This document shows, one piece after another, positions 54,201 through 56,696 of a stretch of 56,696 nucleotides of DNA (positions are counted from its first letter, which is position 1; each line of letters begins with the position of its first letter). Source of the DNA: a virus (Duplodnaviria; Caudoviricetes). The notes beneath the pieces are model-generated. The model saw only the letters and a program-made list of their open reading frames with translations. It made no database searches and was not told the origin of the DNA. The DNA is taken from positions 1-56,696 of the IMG/VR virus record IMGVR_UViG_3300025326_000036; one strand, given 5' to 3'. The translations under genes were made by a program, and so were the position numbers.

Positions 54201-55376
54201 ATGCACATTACAATGGAAATCCCACTGACTGCCGCAATACTGCGGGCCATGCTGAGTGACATGGAGGATACGGCTGCAGCCAGCGAGTGCTGTGCGGGTA
54301 GCCAGTGTCGGGATGCCGGCGGACTGGATGCCGCTATCGCCAAGTATGCCGAGCCGACCATGGACCAGCGTATGGCTGATGCCGAGACGGTATACGCCAA
54401 CGCACCGTTTGTCGAGCCACTGACCAGCGGCATCGTGGGGCAGGGCAACCCGTTCGTGGCTGCGGCTGATTACTTCGCCAATCTGACACCGACTCTGCCG
54501 AGTGTGGCCGCCGACGAGGCGCTGCTTGCTGCATGTCAGGAGCCGAGCAGCGGTCTGCCTCCTGTGCCAACGCCCTCTGTGACCGCTGGCACCATACCTG
54601 GTACTGGTGGCGTTGTAGGTTCTTTCCCCACGCTTCCGGTCAACCTGACCCCCGGTCCAGTATCACAGGTCACTCAGGCACCCCCACCCCCCGCCCCGCC
54701 GACCGGCGTCAAGGTGGACGGTGAAGGTCTGCCTTGGGACCAGCGTATCCACGCATCCACTCGCACGTTCCGGCAGTCCGACAACACCTGGAAGCTCCGC
54801 AAGGGCGCCGATCCCGCGCTGGTCGAGACGGTCAAAGCCGAACTGCGTACCTGCATGGCTGTGCCTGCTCCGGTGGCCCCGGTGGTCACACCACCCGTGC
54901 CGCAGCCGCCCGTTGTCGCCGCTCTGTCCGGTAGCTGGACACCCGAGACCGCCCATGTGATCGGTATCCCTGTACCGCCTGCCCCGCCTGCCGATGAGCC
55001 GCGTAACTATTCCGGCGCTCAGTCCGGTGGCTACACCCCGCAACCGCCACCCGTGCCAGCACCCCCTGTGACCATCATCATGGAGCAGGAAGCACCCACC
55101 ACCATGACGCCTACTCTTGACAGGTACCCCGATGTTCCCGGCTCAGTGGTCACCCTGTCTCCCGCACCCGGCGCCATGTCCTTCACCGACTTCGTGACCT
55201 GGGCCACCGGTAAGATGGTCGCCAAGGAAATCAGCCGGACGCAGCTTGAGGAAGCCTGCAAGAGCGAGGGGATCAGCAGTATGCCCATGCTCCAGAACCG
55301 TCCCGACCTGATACCGGCTATCCATAAATTCCTGGCGAGCATCTGCATACCGGCCAGCAGCGTGGGAGGTGCGTAG
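54201..55376 (+). CDS. Pro-rich replication-module protein
   Basis: D.EGLPWDQRIHAS......D.TWKLRKG core flanked by Pro-rich linkers; upstream of DUF2800-like gene. Confidence 0.65.
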   Translation: MHITMEIPLTAAILRAMLSDMEDTAAASECCAGSQCRDAGGLDAAIAKYAEPTMDQRMADAETVYANAPFVEPLTSGIVGQGNPFVAAADYFANLTPTLPSVAADEALLAACQEPSSGLPPVPTPSVTAGTIPGTGGVVGSFPTLPVNLTPGPVSQVTQAPPPPAPPTGVKVDGEGLPWDQRIHASTRTFRQSDNTWKLRKGADPALVETVKAELRTCMAVPAPVAPVVTPPVPQPPVVAALSGSWTPETAHVIGIPVPPAPPADEPRNYSGAQSGGYTPQPPPVPAPPVTIIMEQEAPTTMTPTLDRYPDVPGSVVTLSPAPGAMSFTDFVTWATGKMVAKEISRTQLEEACKSEGISSMPMLQNRPDLIPAIHKFLASICIPASSVGGA

Positions 55377-55669
55377 TGGGTGTGCCCAAGACAGTGGAGC
55401 AATACGAAGAAGAGTTGGAGACCCTACGCATCCAACTCGCCGGCTGCGGTGTGGCTGCGCTATGCAACACCCGCGAGTCGATGGCGGAACAAATCATCCC
55501 CGATGACAATATGTATTACACGGCTTCCTACGGTGATGTGATCAACGCAGTCCGTAGAGAAATTAATTACCGCGAGGCACTGAAACAGATCGCCAAGTCA
55601 CACTCACCGCTCACGATGGCCGGTATGGTGCAGATTGCTCAGGACGCCCTGCTACCGGAGGTGCTGTGA
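55376..55669 (+). CDS. Hypothetical protein
   Basis: LR.QLAGCGVAALCNT...SASY-like motif; coupled overlaps. Confidence 0.6.
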   Translation: MGVPKTVEQYEEELETLRIQLAGCGVAALCNTRESMAEQIIPDDNMYYTASYGDVINAVRREINYREALKQIAKSHSPLTMAGMVQIAQDALLPEVL

Positions 55670-56696
55670 TGGCCGCTCACTCCCGCCTCAGCCCCTCGGC
55701 AGCCAGCCGATGGGTCGCTTGCCCGGGGTCCGTTACCCTCAGTGAGCGTTACCCCGAGCCACCTGGGTCCAGCAGCGAATCGGCAGCCGAGGGAACGGCC
55801 AGTCATTGGGTCGGTGAGCAACTGCTCCTGGGCAAGCCGACCCCCACACCCGGTACCCGTTGCCCTGAGAACGGCGTGGTCCTCAGCATGGAGATGATCG
55901 ACGGCGCCCATGAGTACGCTCAGGTTGTCCGTCAGGTGTCCACCCATACCACCGCCGTGCAACTCCATGTCGAGGACAAGCTTGCCGTGCCGCGTATCCA
56001 CGCCGAGTGCTTCGGCACCGTAGACTGCTGGTTCTGGTTACCGTACAGCCAGGAACTGCATATCTTTGATTACAAGTTCGGCTGGACCCCCGTGGAAGCC
56101 CGCCAGAACCACCAGCTCATCTGCTACGCTGCCGGCGCGATGGATCGCATGGGGATTGACGGCATCAAGGACCAGTCGGTAACAGTAGTCCTGCATATCG
56201 TCCAACCGCGACCGCACCACCCGCTCGGCACTCATCGGGAATGGCGGGTGTCAGGTAGCGACCTACGCGCCCACATCAACGCGCTGAACCATGCCGCTAC
56301 CATGGCGCTCGGTCCCGATCCGGTGGCTTGCTCGGGCGAGCATTGCAAATACTGCCGCGCTCGACATGCCTGTCCCGCACTCGGTCAAGCGGCAATGATC
56401 GCCGTGGACTACGTGTGCCAGGCACAACCCGACGACCTGTCGTATGCCGCGATGGCTCTGGAGTACCGGACGCTGGAGCGTGTGGCCGCATTGGTCAAGG
56501 CTCGGCTGTCAGGGCATGAGGCACGCATGATCGGCACCATCCAGTCGGGCGGCAGCATACCCGGTTACTCGGTCGAGTCGGGATACGGCAGGGAGGCGTG
56601 GAACAGACCGGTTGCCGAGGTGCTGGCGCTCGGTGAGATGATGGGTGTATCGGTCGCGGCACCCGCTGCGGCTATCACACCGAGCGCCAGCACCTC
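55669..56696 (+). CDS. DUF2800-like (Cas4-like PD-(D/E)XK) exonuclease, 3' truncated by window
   Basis: Hand translation MAAHSRLSPSAASRWVACPGS...AAEGTASH...FGTVDC...IFDYKFG...QLICYA...HIVQPR...GEHCKYC; absent from ORF track because it has no stop in the window. Confidence 0.85.
   Translation, partial: MAAHSRLSPSAASRWVACPGSVTLSERYPEPPGSSSESAAEGTASHWVGEQLLLGKPTPTPGTRCPENGVVLSMEMIDGAHEYAQVVRQVSTHTTAVQLHVEDKLAVPRIHAECFGTVDCWFWLPYSQELHIFDYKFGWTPVEARQNHQLICYAAGAMDRMGIDGIKDQSVTVVLHIVQPRPHHPLGTHREWRVSGSDLRAHINALNHAATMALGPDPVACSGEHCKYCRARHACPALGQAAMIAVDYVCQAQPDDLSYAAMALEYRTLERVAALVKARLSGHEARMIGTIQSGGSIPGYSVESGYGREAWNRPVAEVLALGEMMGVSVAAPAAAITPSAST

Larger units (their letters stand above)
1..56696. 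mobile_element. Tailed bacteriophage (or prophage) genome segment with P22-like morphogenesis module
   Basis: Ordered terminase-portal-scaffold-coat-adaptor-hub-ejection-lysis genes plus primase/helicase/nuclease module; no housekeeping genes. Confidence 0.95.

Noticed and set aside
55669-56696. Cas4 as evidence of a CRISPR system
   Set aside because: It is the common DUF2800-like phage replication-module exonuclease; no cas1/cas2 or array.

Overview
The window is a large part of a tailed-phage genome with a P22-like (podovirus) virion module, and no host chromosomal genes are evident. The left and central parts are mostly on the minus strand: lysis genes (M15 peptidase endolysin), tail and ejection proteins, gp10/gp4-like tail hub and adaptor, coat, scaffold, portal and large terminase. 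These are followed by an insertion-rich region (Rnl2-like RNA ligase, RtcB, tRNA-Pro, HNH genes, serine resolvase), a probable small terminase, and a block of small early genes bounded by an AT-rich tract and two repeat arrays. The replication module (primase-helicase, VRR-NUC, SF2 helicase, DUF2800-like exonuclease) is at the right end. Four observations stand out. (1) A complete AT-rich tRNA-Pro(UGG) plus an HNH endonuclease gene are nested exactly between the 5' acceptor strand and the T-arm/3' acceptor/CCA of a second tRNA-Pro, directly upstream of RtcB. (2) Six genes in tail-fibre positions encode proteins with Sec or lipoprotein-type signal peptides, several of them rich in paired cysteines. 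(3) A cupin-SET-domain fusion and an ART-PolyVal-like insert sit in the DNA-ejection module. (4) Free-standing HNH genes lie beside apparently recoded or duplicated 3' ends of neighbouring genes. All protein calls come from motif recognition by eye, not from database searches.
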